Positions 12,033-26,600 of a stretch of 64,000 bases of DNA are shown here, piece after piece. A program made the translations under genes and the position numbers. The notes under the pieces are model-generated. The model searched no databases and was not told the DNA's origin. It was given only the letters and a program-made list of their open reading frames with translations. The stretch is taken from positions 1 to 64,000 of the forward strand of contig LVLI01000214.1 of the NCBI GenBank assembly GCA_001687465.1, read 5' to 3'. Every line of letters begins with the position of its first letter. Position 1 is the stretch's first letter. Origin of the DNA: Halocafeteria seosinensis (Eukaryota).

Positions 12033-13651
12033 ATGCAGGGCTCAGAGCCAGAAGCGCGACCGCATGAGAAGATGGCACCCAAGCGAAAGAAGCACAAGAA
12101 GAAACACAAGGGGATGGAAGGGCGTGTAGGCGATAATGGTGAGGAGACGACCACCAAAACCCCCCAATCGCATGAGAAGAAAAAGGAGAAGAAAAAGAAG
12201 AAGAAGAAGCGACGCAGAGAGGAGGAACGAGTTGCTAGTACGTAGTTTGACCCAAACGCTATGGTTGAAATCGTCAAGCTCCTAGTCAGATGCAGATGCA
12301 GATCCAGATGGAACTTCAGGGGAAGCCGTCGAACATTCCGCTATTACTGAACCTTCGGAGAACCAAGAACTTGGTGCTAGGAATCGCAAGCGGAAGAAGA
12401 CGAAAAAGCAACCGACAGGAGCACAGCAAACTTCCTCCGGCTACTTTGCTCACCGATGGGACGAGGATAAGGGAGGAACCGAGGGAACGTTCAAGAGTGG
12501 AACGTGGACTGTAGAAGAAGATGCTATGGTAATTAAGATACTGGTAGCCGAGTGCCATTGTCATGTCGTTTGGGAACCTGGAATTTGCGCTGCGCAGTTG
12601 CTCCGGTTGTTTCACGAGTTTGCCGAAACTCAATACGGCTTGAAAACACAAAATGAAAAACTAGTATGTTCGAATTAAACATTAATTTAACGTTCACGTG
12701 CAACGTGGCTACGATAAACGACTATGCAACAATTGTGACGCAGAAAACTCTGCTTGAGACCACTACTGGAACTGCATTGAACGGATTTTGGGTGAAATTT
12801 GCGCAATTTTTCCAGTTTCGAACTGTTCGAGTACGTCTCCGATATACCGATATATGACTAAATGAGTGGCTTGGTTACCCTTCACGCACTGGTCCAGTCT
12901 GTGCTACGTCGAGCGTATAGACTGCTGCATCCCGGAAACTATGGCGGTGATTGGACAGACGAGGATTTTAAGAACCTGAAGTATTATGTAAGGTACTATT
13001 ACGTATCTCATTAACATACGCTTTGCGGCACATCTTTTCCCTACAGGTAGAACAATACGGACATAAATGGACGAAAATTGGATCTCTAATGGGTCGCCTT
13101 CCGAACTCATGCAGAAACCAGTATCTCCGGGTCCTGCAAAAGGATTTCACCTCCGGGGCGTGGACTATAGCAGAAGAGCAAAAACTAACGGATCTTGTCA
13201 AGAAGTACAGTACTCGGCTTGGAAGCTCTGAATATGTGGGGATCTCATGGCGAGCTGTAGAAGCAGAAATGGAGACAAGAAGCGCATTTCAGTGCATCAA
13301 GAAGTGGTACAGTGAATTTGGGGCACGTGCGCTAGGGAAGCCTTGGAGTGCGTCGGAAGATTTTGCACTTGTTGAGGCAGTACAAGAAGATGGAGCCTCT
13401 GAATGGTCAGGTAAGTTAGCAAATTATACAATTTTCGTTTTCTGGAAGTGATATTCCGTGTTGTGGCAGAGGTTGCATGGGATGAACTCGAGGGCATTGA
13501 CAAACCGGGTCCTATGTGTAGGAATAGGCTGCGTAACTTGGCAAAGTTAATCTCAAACCACCGCAGCATGTCTCTCCAACAGCTTCTTGACGCGCTTGAA
13601 GCGTATTACAAGTCGTTACTGCGAGATGATGACGAATCGGACCAGTCATGA
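12033..13651 (+). CDS. Myb/SANT-repeat DNA-binding protein, Reb1/TTF-1/DMTF1-like, about 7 exons
   Basis: Lys-rich N-terminus. Spliced repeats read GTWTVEED, FWVKFAQFFQFRTVRSVLRRAYRL, GDWTDED…YGHKWTKIGSLMGRLPNSCRNQY, GAWTIAEE…ISWRAV…TRSAFQCIKKW and PWSASED. The first intron boundary is not resolved. Confidence 0.85.
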
Positions 13652-13676
13652 GCTTATGCCTCGGTATAGTCGGAGT

Positions 13677-16600
13677 TCAACCGAATTTAAACGCACGACT
13701 CTTCTGACCCTCCGGCTTATTCGGATATCTGTTCAAAGCTGGCCCGGTCCCTTTTGCATTCTTTTCAATTCCGAGTGGTTTCATCCCAGTCTGTCCATTG
13801 AACTTGGAAGCACCAAGAGACGCCAACTTTTGGTTGGTCATACGCTTCTGCAGAGGCGGACCCTGCGATAACTCAGTACCCGCACCCAGTTTCTTCATCT
13901 GGTAGCCTCCTTGCATCGGGCTTTGGTGAATTTTAGAAGAGCCATGCCCCACTGGAGCTTGAACAGACGTCTTGTGGCTAAACGGAGACCTGAGGCTGTT
14001 CAGACGTTGCCGTAGCGGCGATTGAGCCAAAGAACTGCTTTGCTTCTGCGAAGTGGTCGCAGAAGTACTTCCCGTTTCTGTACTATTAGGATTAGCAACG
14101 TGCAAGGCTGTTCCGCGGATAGAGTTAGGCAAGGCGCTCGGTTTGTTCGAATGATTCTTACTATAGCGCTTCGCTGCACGTTGCACATTGATTGAGGGAC
14201 CACTACGGTATCCCTGGTAACCTCCATATTGATTCTTTGCTGGCATCCGGCTTGCCTGGTTTTGCTTGTAGCTTTGCTTCCCGTCTGAATCCTCAAGACG
14301 ATGCTTTGATGCATCACTATCACCCAGCGGCCGCTTCTTCGTACCCCCGCTATCGTACATTTCTTCTGCAGGTGGGTGTTTCGTATCGTGAGGCAGCTTC
14401 TGCATGACCATGTTACCTCCCTGATGCATCCCTCCAACCTCTTGTGGATACCGATGAGTCCTGTATTTATGGCGATGGTAAGAGTCATCGTGTTGCTTTC
14501 CGATTTGGCTTCCTTTTGTAACTGTGTTATCGATGCTTGTCTCGTGGTATCCACTATTGCTCACGGAGCTCGGACCTAGGACGCTCAATTCCTGCTTTGC
14601 TTTATTGGAATGGTGGTTACCATGATGTTTTTGTACTGTACTATGCGAAATGTGTGTCCCCTTATCTAACAATTCCAAACTCTCTCGTGCTTGCTGGCGA
14701 ATGTTAGTTGAGGCTTTCGAAGCACCCATGGGATCCTCATTACTCATCGTCGAGGAACTCAGAAAGCTAGAGTGTTGATTTGGAGCTTTATCCGAGCTTT
14801 TGTGAAGCAAGCCGGCGTCTGGTACTGATTTCTCCGGCTTAATTCCTCCGTGTTCGGCTTCTTTAGGCTTGGATGAATGATCCCTTACAGGTGATAGCTC
14901 GTTTTCATCCCTTCCAGGAGAGTCTTCAAAGTCTTCATCCTCATAGTCTTCTTCCACGTCTTCAGCGCTATTTTCTTGTAGTTCCTGTTGAACGGAGGGT
15001 ACTGATTTTGTGTTCAAACTAGTTTCCTCTTTTTGAGTTCCAGGTACGCTACTCTTAGACTCTTTTGGGTCAACTTGGGAGGAAATTTCTGGGTGAATTT
15101 CATGCGCTTCCTTTTGCTTCGCACTCCCGTCCAGCCCCTTGTTTGCACTTTCTGTGATGTAAGAACATACGAAATCAGGAGACTAGCGACGACACCAACT
15201 CGAAGGAAGTATTCGAGGAACACTTACCATGTTTATCTCCTGTTACCTGCTCCGACTCGATCTTCTGTATTCCCAAAGAGAGCATTGGCAACGCTATGTC
15301 TTCAATACCAAATACATTAAATTGTGATCATACCTTCGATTTTTCTTTCTTCTTGTGTTTCTTGTGAGGCTCCTTCTTTTCGGAAGTCTTGGGTTCCTCC
15401 GACCAACTGTCAGATTTTTGTGAGTGCGATTTGGTCGACACGTTCTCTTCCACCTCTGACGACTGTTTCGAGCTACTCCGTGAGTTGTTCGATTTGCTTG
15501 ATGAAGTCTTTTCCCGATCCCGACGACGATGCTTTTCTTCAATAGCTTGAATTTCCGGCGGCATCTTCGCTTGTCGTAAATCATCGAAGTAGGGATGTTT
15601 CAACGCTTCCTCAGGACTAATCCGCTTCCGAGGGTCATATCTGCAGGACATTTAATAGCTCCGCCATCCTATATGTACTGTACTCGGCAACTGGCATCAA
15701 TACTTACGCTAACAACTTGTACAACAAGTCAACAAACGTCTCTGAGAGATGAGGTGCGAGTTTTTGTATTCCTGTGCCTTTGGTCGCTGGGAAATTGAAT
15801 TTCATGTGTCGGGATTGATGCTTTCGAAAGAAACTCAGCTCTCTTTCCGAAGGCGTTCCCAGAACCTTGTGTATCTTGTGTACTTGATCCTTCTCATTTT
15901 CCCCAGGGAAAAGGGGGAAAAGGGCACTAATCTCAAACAGTACGCACCCTAGTCCCCAGGTGTCCATCTCGCACCCGTACCACCCATCCGTAAGCAAGCA
16001 CTCAGGTCCTCGATACCAGCGGGTAGAAATATACTCCGTGAATGGCTGCAGAAGTAAACGGGCAGACGAATACGAATGACGATTGTCTGCATACCGCCGT
16101 GCCGTTTTCATCGTGTGTGACGTCTTACTTGTTTGCTGCGGATCCCCCGACAACTACCGAAATCCGCCAGTTTCAGTCCCGTGTAAACATCATATGACGC
16201 CTCTATGAGTATGTTTTCGGGCTGCGAACAAAAGAACGGGGTGGCCGATACCGACTTTCTTCATAAATGAATCACAGCGGACGAACGGTTCGTACCTTGA
16301 TGTCTCGATGGAAGATCCCTTTCGAGTGAAGGTGAGCTAGTGATCTCAAGGACTGAAATGCATAAATTTTAATCAACTTCGGATCCAAGTGATGCTTCCT
16401 TCCTCGAATAAGCTCGTATAAGTTCATATCCATGAGCTCAAACACGAGCGCAAGCCGCCCCGATGGCTTATCGTACAGAACTTCCTCAAGTCTTACGATG
16501 TTAGGATGCGGCATGACTCGCCGTAAAGCTTGAATCTCACGCAAGTTGTTCACCTGCACAACAAGAGCCACAAAAAGCGTTCATGCAACCTTTCGCTTTC

Positions 16601-16762
16601 CTCTTCAAAACCTAAACTTGGTTGACTTACTTGGTCGATGTTCTTGAAATGACTTTTCATGCATTTTATCGCAAAATATTTGCTGCTCTTAATGCTTTGG
16701 GCCTTGATGACCTCACTGAAGGTCCCCTCCCCTTTTTTCGAAATTAACCTATACTTCTTCAT
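13677..16762 (-). CDS. MOK: MAPK/MAK/MRK overlapping kinase (MOK/RAGE family CMGC kinase) with a long disordered C-terminal tail, about 7 exons
   Basis: MKKYRLISKKGEGTFSEV, QVNNLREIQALRR, HRDIKPEN, DFG and PFTEYISTRWYRGPECLLTDG (TEY loop). Exons are joined by canonical short introns, e.g. 16630-16554, 16295-16222, 16128-16046, 15707-15641. Confidence 0.92.
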
Positions 16763-17607
16763 TTTTCCTGTTACTTGTAGCACTACAAAGGCCGATTACG
16801 TTACTACCCGGGGAAGGAAAACTGAAGGCGCTCCCGACGTCGCAACAACGCACTGTGCAACTTTTTTTTTACTTCCAAATACCCCGTCACCAACAGACAA
16901 TGCCTGCAAAGCGCCCTTACCACCTACGTGGGCGCTTATACATTCGCTGAAGGGACAATGATCAGAGTGTTATCTTCCGTTTTTCACCGGTTTTCAGGTT
17001 GGTCGCGCGAAAACAGGAAGCGGTCGGGAAGGGGACTTTGTACTTCTACAGCTCCAAACCAACAATAGCGAAGCTAATTTTCATTCAGTCGCTAGGAACG
17101 GGGAATCCCAATCCGGTGAACGCAGCAATGCATCCTTCGTTCTCCTGTGCATAAGCGCCTAGGCCTTGCTTCAACACCGCTTTGGCGCGAACCCCGTTCC
17201 GGTCGCACCAGTTCGGTGCGGAAAACAGAGACCATAGTCACTGGCATAGTGACATAAAAGTTTGTTGCTTTCTTCTAGTTCCAAGCAGGAATTTGCTTTT
17301 TTTGCTTTATCATGGATTCAATTGCTTCATTGCACTCTTCTATCGGTTTGTATTGGAGTACAATTGTTGGTGGAATAGGCACTTCTATTCTCTGCCTCAT
17401 TACGCTACTTAAAAATTCCCCACGGAGAGGGCAAGGACAATAGCAGAAAGACTCACTTCAAATAATCACGTGCCTATTAGCTATCGTAGATTTGGCTTCT
17501 CAAAGAACTATAACTAGAGAGTTTTGAGTCCTCGTGCTCCGCCAATTTACCAACATTGCCGTCTGTCCGCCGCTTCGGGTTTCCCTTGGACAAACAAGTA
17601 GGTGACA

Positions 17608-20600
17608 ATGGACGGCAAGAATCACAATAGCCAAGATCCTCATGAGACAGATGACGATGATGATGATTTGTGGAGTTGGGCAAGAAACAAGATAGATTTT
17701 TTTGGTGATGATATACTTAGTCGTGAATCACGCACGGATGATGGTGAGAGCTTACATCCTGAACCAAACCGGACACCATCACAGACAGGGAACGAAGAAG
17801 TGGACCTCACGAAAGAAAACTCAGACGACATGAACGTCGATATACAGGGGGCAGACGACGGAGAACTCTCCTTGTATGCTGCTCTCAGGCAAGCTCCCAA
17901 TCGGATGGATATCTTACTGCACACACTGACTGACATATATGAGCATCGTCATTACGACGAGTTGGAAGTGATAAGCATGTTGGAACACACAATTCCGTCA
18001 TCTTTCGAATGCGCAGCGAAAGCGAAGGGTGGGAACACAGAAATATGCACTCTCATACGGGAAAGTCTGCTTGCCGTCATTGATGTGCTAAACAAGTTTT
18101 TGGAAGAAGCATCGGAGCAGTGCTCAGCTATTGACCATATCATTAACAAAGTTGTGGGAGAGTACTTTTCAATGGTGCACTCCCATGCCTCCAAGACACC
18201 CAAGCCAGCATTATCACCCTTTCTACAAGAATCATGGCACTTTGCGCTTTGGAAAAAATTTTCTGACTGTAACCTGTTCCAGACAATGAGACTCTTCTTG
18301 AGTCGCACCCAAGGGAGCCCCGACTGGCCGAAAATCCTACAGAACGCTCTCACGATTTTGTCCATTTTCCCCGAAAAGGTGAATTTTATTGACTACAATC
18401 ACAAAGGTTACTTTCATATGTTTAAAGATACAGCATTGGAGGTGAAGACATGTTATTTCGATACGGTCTTGAATATGTCAAACGAGGTATGTTGCTATGT
18501 CATAATTATACCCCTAGCGTGTACAGCGACGTGTTGTGGACGTAATTGCAGCAAATGCGCCAATTTAACTGGAATTTTTTGTATCAATTTTGCATGCACG
18601 TCGAATGCGCCCTAATAATGACGATGAGTTTTGTCGAAGCCAGTCGCGAGATATACGGCTATCGGTTTGCGTTGGCCCTCAAGGCCTCCAAATGCCCGTA
18701 TTTGACGTTTCGGTTGAAAGGAATCGAACAATTTAATGATCTAGCCACCCGAGGTAAGCAACATAAAGGCAGAAACGATGCAGATGATGCTCACTGGCTG
18801 AATCCAACCACTTTTTGGGAGCTCGTTGAGCGGCACAATGTGATAGAAGAGTACCTTGGCAGTCGGATGCAACCAGAAATCCTGAAGAGAATCGATCCCT
18901 TCTTTGAATTCCTCGTCAGCGAAGGATACTGGACCTTTGATATAATGCAAAAATTATGGAAAGCTTCGGAACAAGCCCACGAATCTGTCGTAGCTATAGT
19001 TTACGAAAAAATAGTTTTTGTCGTTCAGAAAGGGTTAGGAGAACGCAATATTCAAATTCTGGAATGGCTGGCAAACTTAATCCGCGAACGGTTCTTCCTG
19101 GAAGATGAGAGCTGTCAACTCCAACTGTCATTCAAGGGAGTTATTGAGAAATCAGACCATAAGCCAGACCAGACTTTTCTTAGCTTTATCGAGAGGCTCA
19201 ATCGTGTATTGTATGAGCGCCCTTACATTTGTGGCCAATTTCTCGTGACATGGAGTAAGCTGCTCGTTGACATATACATGGTTGGTACCTGTGAAGAAAG
19301 ACAGGAGTCAAGTTTTCTAGTGCGCACGACCTCCGTTGGTCCGAGTGTGATCGATTGTCCTCTTTCGGCGAGAGAATGCTCAAAAGTGCGCGATGCTTTG
19401 CGGTCGCCTCCAGAGAGATTCGGCATGTGCGAGGCATGCTTTTCTTATTGGTCGCTTCTCCGTGAGTTTTTCCAGGGGCTAAATACATACAGGAGAAATG
19501 AACGCGATTTTGTTACGAACGATGCGATAAGTCCTGTTGCGGAAACAAGTGTAGAGGAATGCCTTGAAATAATCAGTCGCGACTTGAAGAGTTCAAATCG
19601 TTTTGTAAAGGCTATTTATTTGTTGTTGTCTCTTATGGACGTTTTAGAAAGGCTCCGCGACAAATCCGTAGCTGCCACCTTCTTGGCCAGTCTCCGCATT
19701 CTCCCTGCTGTGACAGCGAGGTTAGAGAGCAAGTCGATATTGGGCGATTCAGGCAGTGATCGCCTAACTATTGTTGATTACACACTACGTTTGCACGCTT
19801 TGCTAAAGATGCATGTAACCGTTGAGTGTAGTATTGCTATTGAGGACACCCGACGCGAAGAAGAGTCTTGCATGTTGACTTACGGAGATTTAGTTCGCAT
19901 GTACGACACTGCAAAGCAACATAGTCGTCTGAAGGATATTTTTTTCTTATTCATTGGCCATCTATTCAATTTTGATGGCCCTCATTTACTGAAGAGCTCG
20001 GGGACTCCGCTCAGTGTGGTTAGTAAACTGAAACTAGTCGCTTCTTCTGAGCTCAAATATAAAATTTGGACCGAGATGCTCTACTCTATCGCTTCGGAGC
20101 AAGCCTCTCCCGCGGAATCCTGGGCTTTTTCTATTGGGTTTCTGTGGGCAAACTCTAGCAAACCCGATAACGCTTATGAACACAATGGTGGGAACCACGT
20201 TACCGACAGGTCGTTGGACTGTGATTTAGCATCGTTCGAAGATATTTGGAAGGCGGGCAGTAGTGAGACCGGGGCAATGAGCTCTGGGAGCGCTATATCG
20301 CTTTACGTAAATTGCGAGAAGTATCAAACAAGAGCGAGCAAGACGAAATCAAGAATGACACTGTGCAACTTCTCGAAATTTGGAGAACGGGATCTCGGGA
20401 AATTGTTTCAAATGTTTTGTTTGTGTCCCTACGAAACGTTTCCAGAGTTGCTGGACCTTATGTCTACTCTATCGTTTCTTCCCGAAGATGCTGTTTTGCA
20501 CGCACGTAACAGACTGCATTCAAGTTTACACTTTAGTCGATTGCTTTTCAATGGTGTTGCGTTTTTCCTTGGAGCGTGGTATACGAGTTCTCATTCTGCT

Positions 20601-23600
20601 GGAAGCGTCCAATTTTCTCGTCTGAGGAGCCATCAGGGATTTATGCCGGACTTTAGTGCCGTTGTTTCGGGGCATAGTCCCCACCAAACGGTAAAAGCAC
20701 TTTCAAGACTACTCCAAATGATTCACAGAGTGCTGGTTTACTCAAGAGATCGCCATCTTTTAGGGGAACCTCATCTGGGTATGCCCTCGACGTTTGCGCA
20801 ATCAGTTGACCCGTCTTATATTCCAATTCACACTGTCTTCATTCCTCCACGATGTGATGAAACATTTCTGAAAGGGGTGCCTGTGGCAAATAAGTTTCTT
20901 CTGTCCTCGGATGCACGATGTGAACAAATCTGCCATAAATCAGTCGCTGCCATGAGGGAAGCAGGTTTCACGTATGCTGCATCTGAATGCAAAGTTTTCT
21001 GCCCGCACCCTCGGGATATTCCCAATCTACAAAGATGTATCTTCGGTCCAAGTGGCGGACCACAACCTGCCCAACAAGAGCTTCGAGAAAGGATGTCGGA
21101 GTGGCTTTCCCCCTCCGTGTTTTCCAGATTGCGTCACGTAGATCAAGCAGAGTTCGTTTCGCACAATTTGGAGGGGTTGCTGCCGTTTTGCGTGGTACAG
21201 ATTCCACCCTCCACTGTCGAAGAGGTCGAGCTAGAACATCACAATAGGGACTTCGGCCCTTACGCTCTTCCTACCTTAATCGCGAATTCTGCGTTCGCAT
21301 TTGACGTGCTACTAAGCGCTGCCGGTCTTGAAAACTTAAGCGAAGAGGATCTTCTAGCTGCATCGGGTGGCCAAAGCAGTGGCATGGCTGCGTTTTCTAA
21401 GAAGTATGTGCCCATAAGGAATCACTGGTTGAATAGTACTGAAGAAGAAAGCTCTGTAGACCTTCGATGGAGCTCGGAAGACGAAAGGGAGTTTCAGGAA
21501 TCGCAAACTCTTTTTCCGAAGGCTCTACTACACTTACTGCCGAACGAGCTTGAACGATCAGTGGACGGAGGAAAACTCGCTGAGTGTTTGGATCTTAATA
21601 ACCACAGAGCTTCTGCGCGTTCCGAAGCCATTGCTGAGCATTTTGCAATAACTGCATCTTTGATATTCAATGATTCTATCAAAAATTCGTCTGAAGGGAG
21701 CTTCAGGAAGAGCCTCAAGTGTGTTGCGCTGCAAGCGTGGGATATTCTAACCTCACAATTACCTTTAAGTGATCTCGCAGTATGTGCTGTCCAGAGTCCT
21801 TCTTCCGTTTCATGGCGGGAGTATTTGGAACTTTGCGTGGGCAGCCGCAAGGGTTGCACTGATTCCCTGAACGCGGGTGACTCTAGGATATGGGACGACA
21901 AAATTTCTGCCCTGTATCTCATGGCAAGTACGATCGCATTATTGCAGAAGCCAGAGACGTGGAAGGGTGTTCTTCTGCCAAGTTGGCGGGAAGAATTCAT
22001 TCACAAAGGGGGCTTGGCATCATTCGCAGCTGCGTTTTGTGCGGGAAGCAACGTCGGCTGTGGGGCTACGAATGCGATGTGCTGCGCTGTGTTTGAGGCA
22101 GCCAGTATAACTGTTTCTCGAGAGCATCAAGCTTGGGTCGACATCGAAGAGATCGATCCCTCTGCGACATCCATACTACAAGAATACCATTGCGAGACGT
22201 ATGGATGGCGATACTTACTGCAAGCAATTCGTCTTCTGCGTATGCCCCTGTCAACTGACGTTGACATAGTTTCTGATGCTCCTGAACTGGCGGGGCTTCA
22301 ACATCGGGCCGTCGCCGCTACATGGATTACACGTCGCTTAGCGGCATCCCATTTTGCTTATATGTTTTGCTCATATATACATACCAGTCTTCGGGGAGGA
22401 GCACACGCCGCAAATGCCGTGGACAGTGATACTTTAACGCAGATCATTGAAGACCTGTCTAATGATGACTCTGCGAGTACTGCCTCTATCCCCTCGGTGG
22501 GGCTAAATGCTGAGAAAGCATCTGAGTTCTTAGGTAAGAAACTGGTTATTGGTCGCTGTCTCGGCGACTGTTTATGTATGGCTGTGCGGAGGGAATCGAA
22601 TTTTTCAAGAGTCTTACTTCAAGCTGCTGCTGGTGGCTTGAGCATAGTATCGCAGACTGTCAGAGAGCTGCAGAATAGTCAGGCTAATGACCATCCGGGG
22701 CAGCATTCTGCCTTCGGAAACGCTCGAGTGCCTGTGCTTAATCACGTATTGTTCAGGACCCTTGTTGCAGTGCTGAGATGTGAAGCAGGCTGGAAGGATG
22801 ACCAATACCAACGTTGTGTAGAAATCGTTTCAGTATGCAATGAAATTCTACGCACCATTAGTTGTTCTTCCGGAATATCTATTACCTCGGAGAATATAGA
22901 GCCTCGAGAGACGCCTGTAAATTCTTCCGGAGGAAATTCTCTTGCCCGTTTTCCAGTGCTCGATATTGGTTCTGACTTAGAGAACCTGGCTTGCCAGTGC
23001 ATTTTAATCGTGCGAGAAGCCCTTAGGGTATTTTGCACTGAAGATGTGGCAGGTTCGAAGCTAGATATATTCGCCCAGCTTTTTGATTCTGAGACAGCCC
23101 GCCAACTGGTTGTATTCCTGTTGAGGAATGTCCTTGCATTTTGCTCATGCACAATTGTGGAAGTTGAAAGTTTCCGGCAGCTTACCAGTGAATGTATAGG
23201 TGTTGTGCTACAAATTGGATTCTCCTTGCTGCGGCATTCGTCAAGCAGCGCTCGTCGAATGAAAGTGATGGAAATTTTTTCCGAGGTTATCACACATTCA
23301 ACACATATGGTTTCTCAATTTTCGTGGAGCGATTTGAGTTCTTCACCCTTTGCTTCAAAGGGTCGATGTTTACTGACTGCAATTGATTCGGCCAGTGCAT
23401 TTCGAGTGACGGATTTGAAGAGAGGTCCGCTCTGTTTTGGCGACGAATTCAATATCCAATTTCGATCAAGCAAACCGGTCACACACTCAGCGGCTGAAGA
23501 TATTCGCGAACTAGTTTGCTTGGCTGAGAAGGACCATTTGTCTTCGTACGTCGAAAAACAGCAGAATAGTTCTGAGAGTGATGCTTTTACTAGTATTTGT

Positions 23601-26600
23601 CCACTGCACGAGTTGGTGGAATGCCAAACGGCGATGAACCATCCGTTTGGTAAGGGCTCAAAATACGTGGGCCTTGTCAATCAGGGTATGACATGTTACA
23701 TGAATAGCTTATTACAACAACTCTTCATGATTCCTTCTCTCCGAAGGGCAATTCTCATGGCCAGAGAACCGACTCAAATCAAAACTCAGAGGTATGCGGA
23801 GCTATTATCGGGCCTCCGGAATGAAGTCCAACTTCTCTTCGCAATACTATCCAGTAGCCACATGACTGTTCACAATCCGCTCTCATTGGTACACGCATTG
23901 AGGGATGAACCTCGGGGTTTTTTCCCATTGGACTCCAATGTCATGGAACAAAATGACGCAAATGAGTTTTACCAATTGTTCATGGATAGGTTGGGAGAAG
24001 TTTTCCCGCATAAAGCTGCTCGTAGCGGCTCTGTTGCAAGCGACGAAGACAATAACTGCCCAGATCTTCTGCAGCGGACGCTAGGTGGAACACTGGCACA
24101 TCAGATAATTGGGCAACATGTAGATTACGTATCCGAACGATCTGAACCGTTCATGTGCATCCAGCTGGAGGTGGCGTCGAAGACGGACATCTATGAGTCA
24201 CTGGACTCGTTTGTTTCCAGCGAAGTATTATCGGGTGATAACGCTTATGAATTGCCCTCTGGGGAACGTGTTAGTGTTTTTAAGCGTTGTTGTTTCCGTC
24301 GTCTACCGAATACTCTTGTTTTTCACCTAAAGAGATTTGACTTGGATTTTGATACATTCGAGAAGGTAAAGATTTATAGCCGGTTTGAGTTTGAACACCG
24401 AATTAATTTGTGGCAGTATACGGCACAGTACCTCGCAGAGGATGTTGCTAAGAAAGAGTCAGCTCAAACAAGTAATGGGGAATCCCCAATGCCTGGTTAT
24501 GAGCCAGAAGATCCAGATGACTGCGAGTACGTTCTTAGAGGCGTACTAGTGCACTCTGGTACGGCGGAATACGGACATTACTATAGCTACGTACATGAGC
24601 GAGACAGCGATGCTGTTAGTCGAACTACCGAGGATCCTTGGGAATCAATGGAAGCATCGAGAACAAGCCAGGAGAGAGATCCCAAGTGGATATGCTTCAA
24701 TGACGATGTCGTATATGAAATAGAAGACGTAGCCTCCGTGAAGTCGCGATGGTTCGGTGGCTCGCGGGGCGACAGAAAGTATGAGGAATCCATGACAAGT
24801 GCATTCATGCTCTTTTACGACAGGGTTGGGTCTTCCGATCCTTATGGTGATATGGAATGCTCTACTGCCGTCAGCACGTCAGAGAATGCAGTAAGTGCTG
24901 TAGTAAGGCGGCAAGGCTTAGATTCGACCTCTACGCCGGTAGCATGGGAACCATTTTGGCCTCATTCAGCTTTCCTTCAGTTAAGAGAAGGAGTATTTAG
25001 GGGATTAGTGATGCCACATAGTCTGGCGTGTCGCGTTGTTATGGATAACTGTTCGTTTTGGATCAGACGAAGACTATGTGAGGGTTGGTTTCAACGGCTT
25101 GTCACGCAAACGGCGAATATTTTGCTGGAGTGGAAGCAGTTAGCGACAAGTCAAACTGGTATCGTATACCTGGGAATGCAAGAAGTCAGGGGCCTCTTAC
25201 CCCAAAATGTGTTGCTCCTAATTGATTTCCTGTTGGGTGTGGATATTAGACGCAACACTGGTGGTAACATTGTGGAATCGCTAGCATATTCCCCCGAGAC
25301 CATTAGCCGTAAGGATTCTGTGACCGAACAAGCGGCTGGCCTAGTAGGCATCACGTTGAGCTACAGTCAAAACACGAAGCCAGATGATGCTTCTAATGTA
25401 TTTGCTCAGTCATGCTTTGATGTAGAGAGCTGTATCCATGTGATGCAAATGGTATCTAGTGGTGAGTGCGCGTTCTTGCGCCGCCATCTCTGTTTCCAGG
25501 AAAATATCGCCTGCCGCAAATTTGCAACGGCGGTAGTCCTACGAGTTATCCGCTCTCTTGATACAATTGCCGGACAGCTTACGGACGCTATTTGTGGTAA
25601 AGAGGTTTCTTTTGATGATGTTTTCAATGCAACAGCTGCTGTCTACCCTAGAGAGACCACCCCGCCTGCAGTTGTCTTAGCCGAGCGACGTTTGAGTAGT
25701 ACACCTGTCCAAGCATGCCTGCAGATAAATTATTCGGACCGCTTTCGTCCCTGGTCCATGTTTCCTGGTGGAACAAAGCATCGTAAAGTCAAACGCGTCC
25801 GCTCTAGCCACACGTCATACACTACTGTTAAGGACGCCATTGGTGCACTCTTCGGTGTCGAACAGGGTGACGATGCTTTGTCTATTTTTTTACGCATTGT
25901 AGCGTCACTCTCCCAATTTTTGGGTAGTATGAGTGTTTCTCTCCCGCACTTGCTGTCTGATTCAGAGATCATCGGCGAAGAAATTAGTGAGCTCCTTGAA
26001 GGCTTATTGGCGTCATGCAGCCCTTTTTTCTGCTACGCCGCCGCCCAGCAGGGCCTGGTAGAAATATTGCTTTCGCTTTATCCAGCCAGCGACTCAGCGG
26101 AGCCACTTGTGGATGACACTGATTTACAAAATGCCGATAGTCTCCGCAACGCTTTAAGAGGTGACTTTGAAAACGAATTGAAGCCCTCCTCTATTAACTT
26201 TATGCGGACTGTTGCAGCCAAACTTGAGGAGTCACACAACTCTGTAGAAAAGAAGGAAGACGCACTGCGAGATGTGTGGAGTAGATTGCGGTGTCAAAGA
26301 AGTGATGAATGGTCCTCGACGGTGGAAAGATACTTGGATGAAGAGCTTGTTATTGTATCGCCGAAGCAGAAGTTCGACTGCTTCTGCCGTTTGCGGCAGC
26401 TGTTCTTTCGATCGGCTCCGTCCCAGCCGCTGGTGCCACCGAGGTTGTTCACGACGGTTCATCACGTGTTGATTCGTCTGGCTACCATAGACTCGTCTTC
26501 TTTCGAGCTTCCACCTCCGCTCATTTCGCGAGGGCAATACGCGTACTCCTCGTCCTTTCATATGGGAAGACAACCTCCTCTATCGATTTCCGAGACGATT

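Noticed and set aside
17003..17014. E2F-like GCGCGAAAA site in the MOK/USP intergenic region
   Set aside because: A single short motif with no independent support.
17080..17420. Protein-like minus-strand frame with an internal stop between MOK and USP
   Set aside because: No identifiable homology, so it cannot be supported as a gene or pseudogene.
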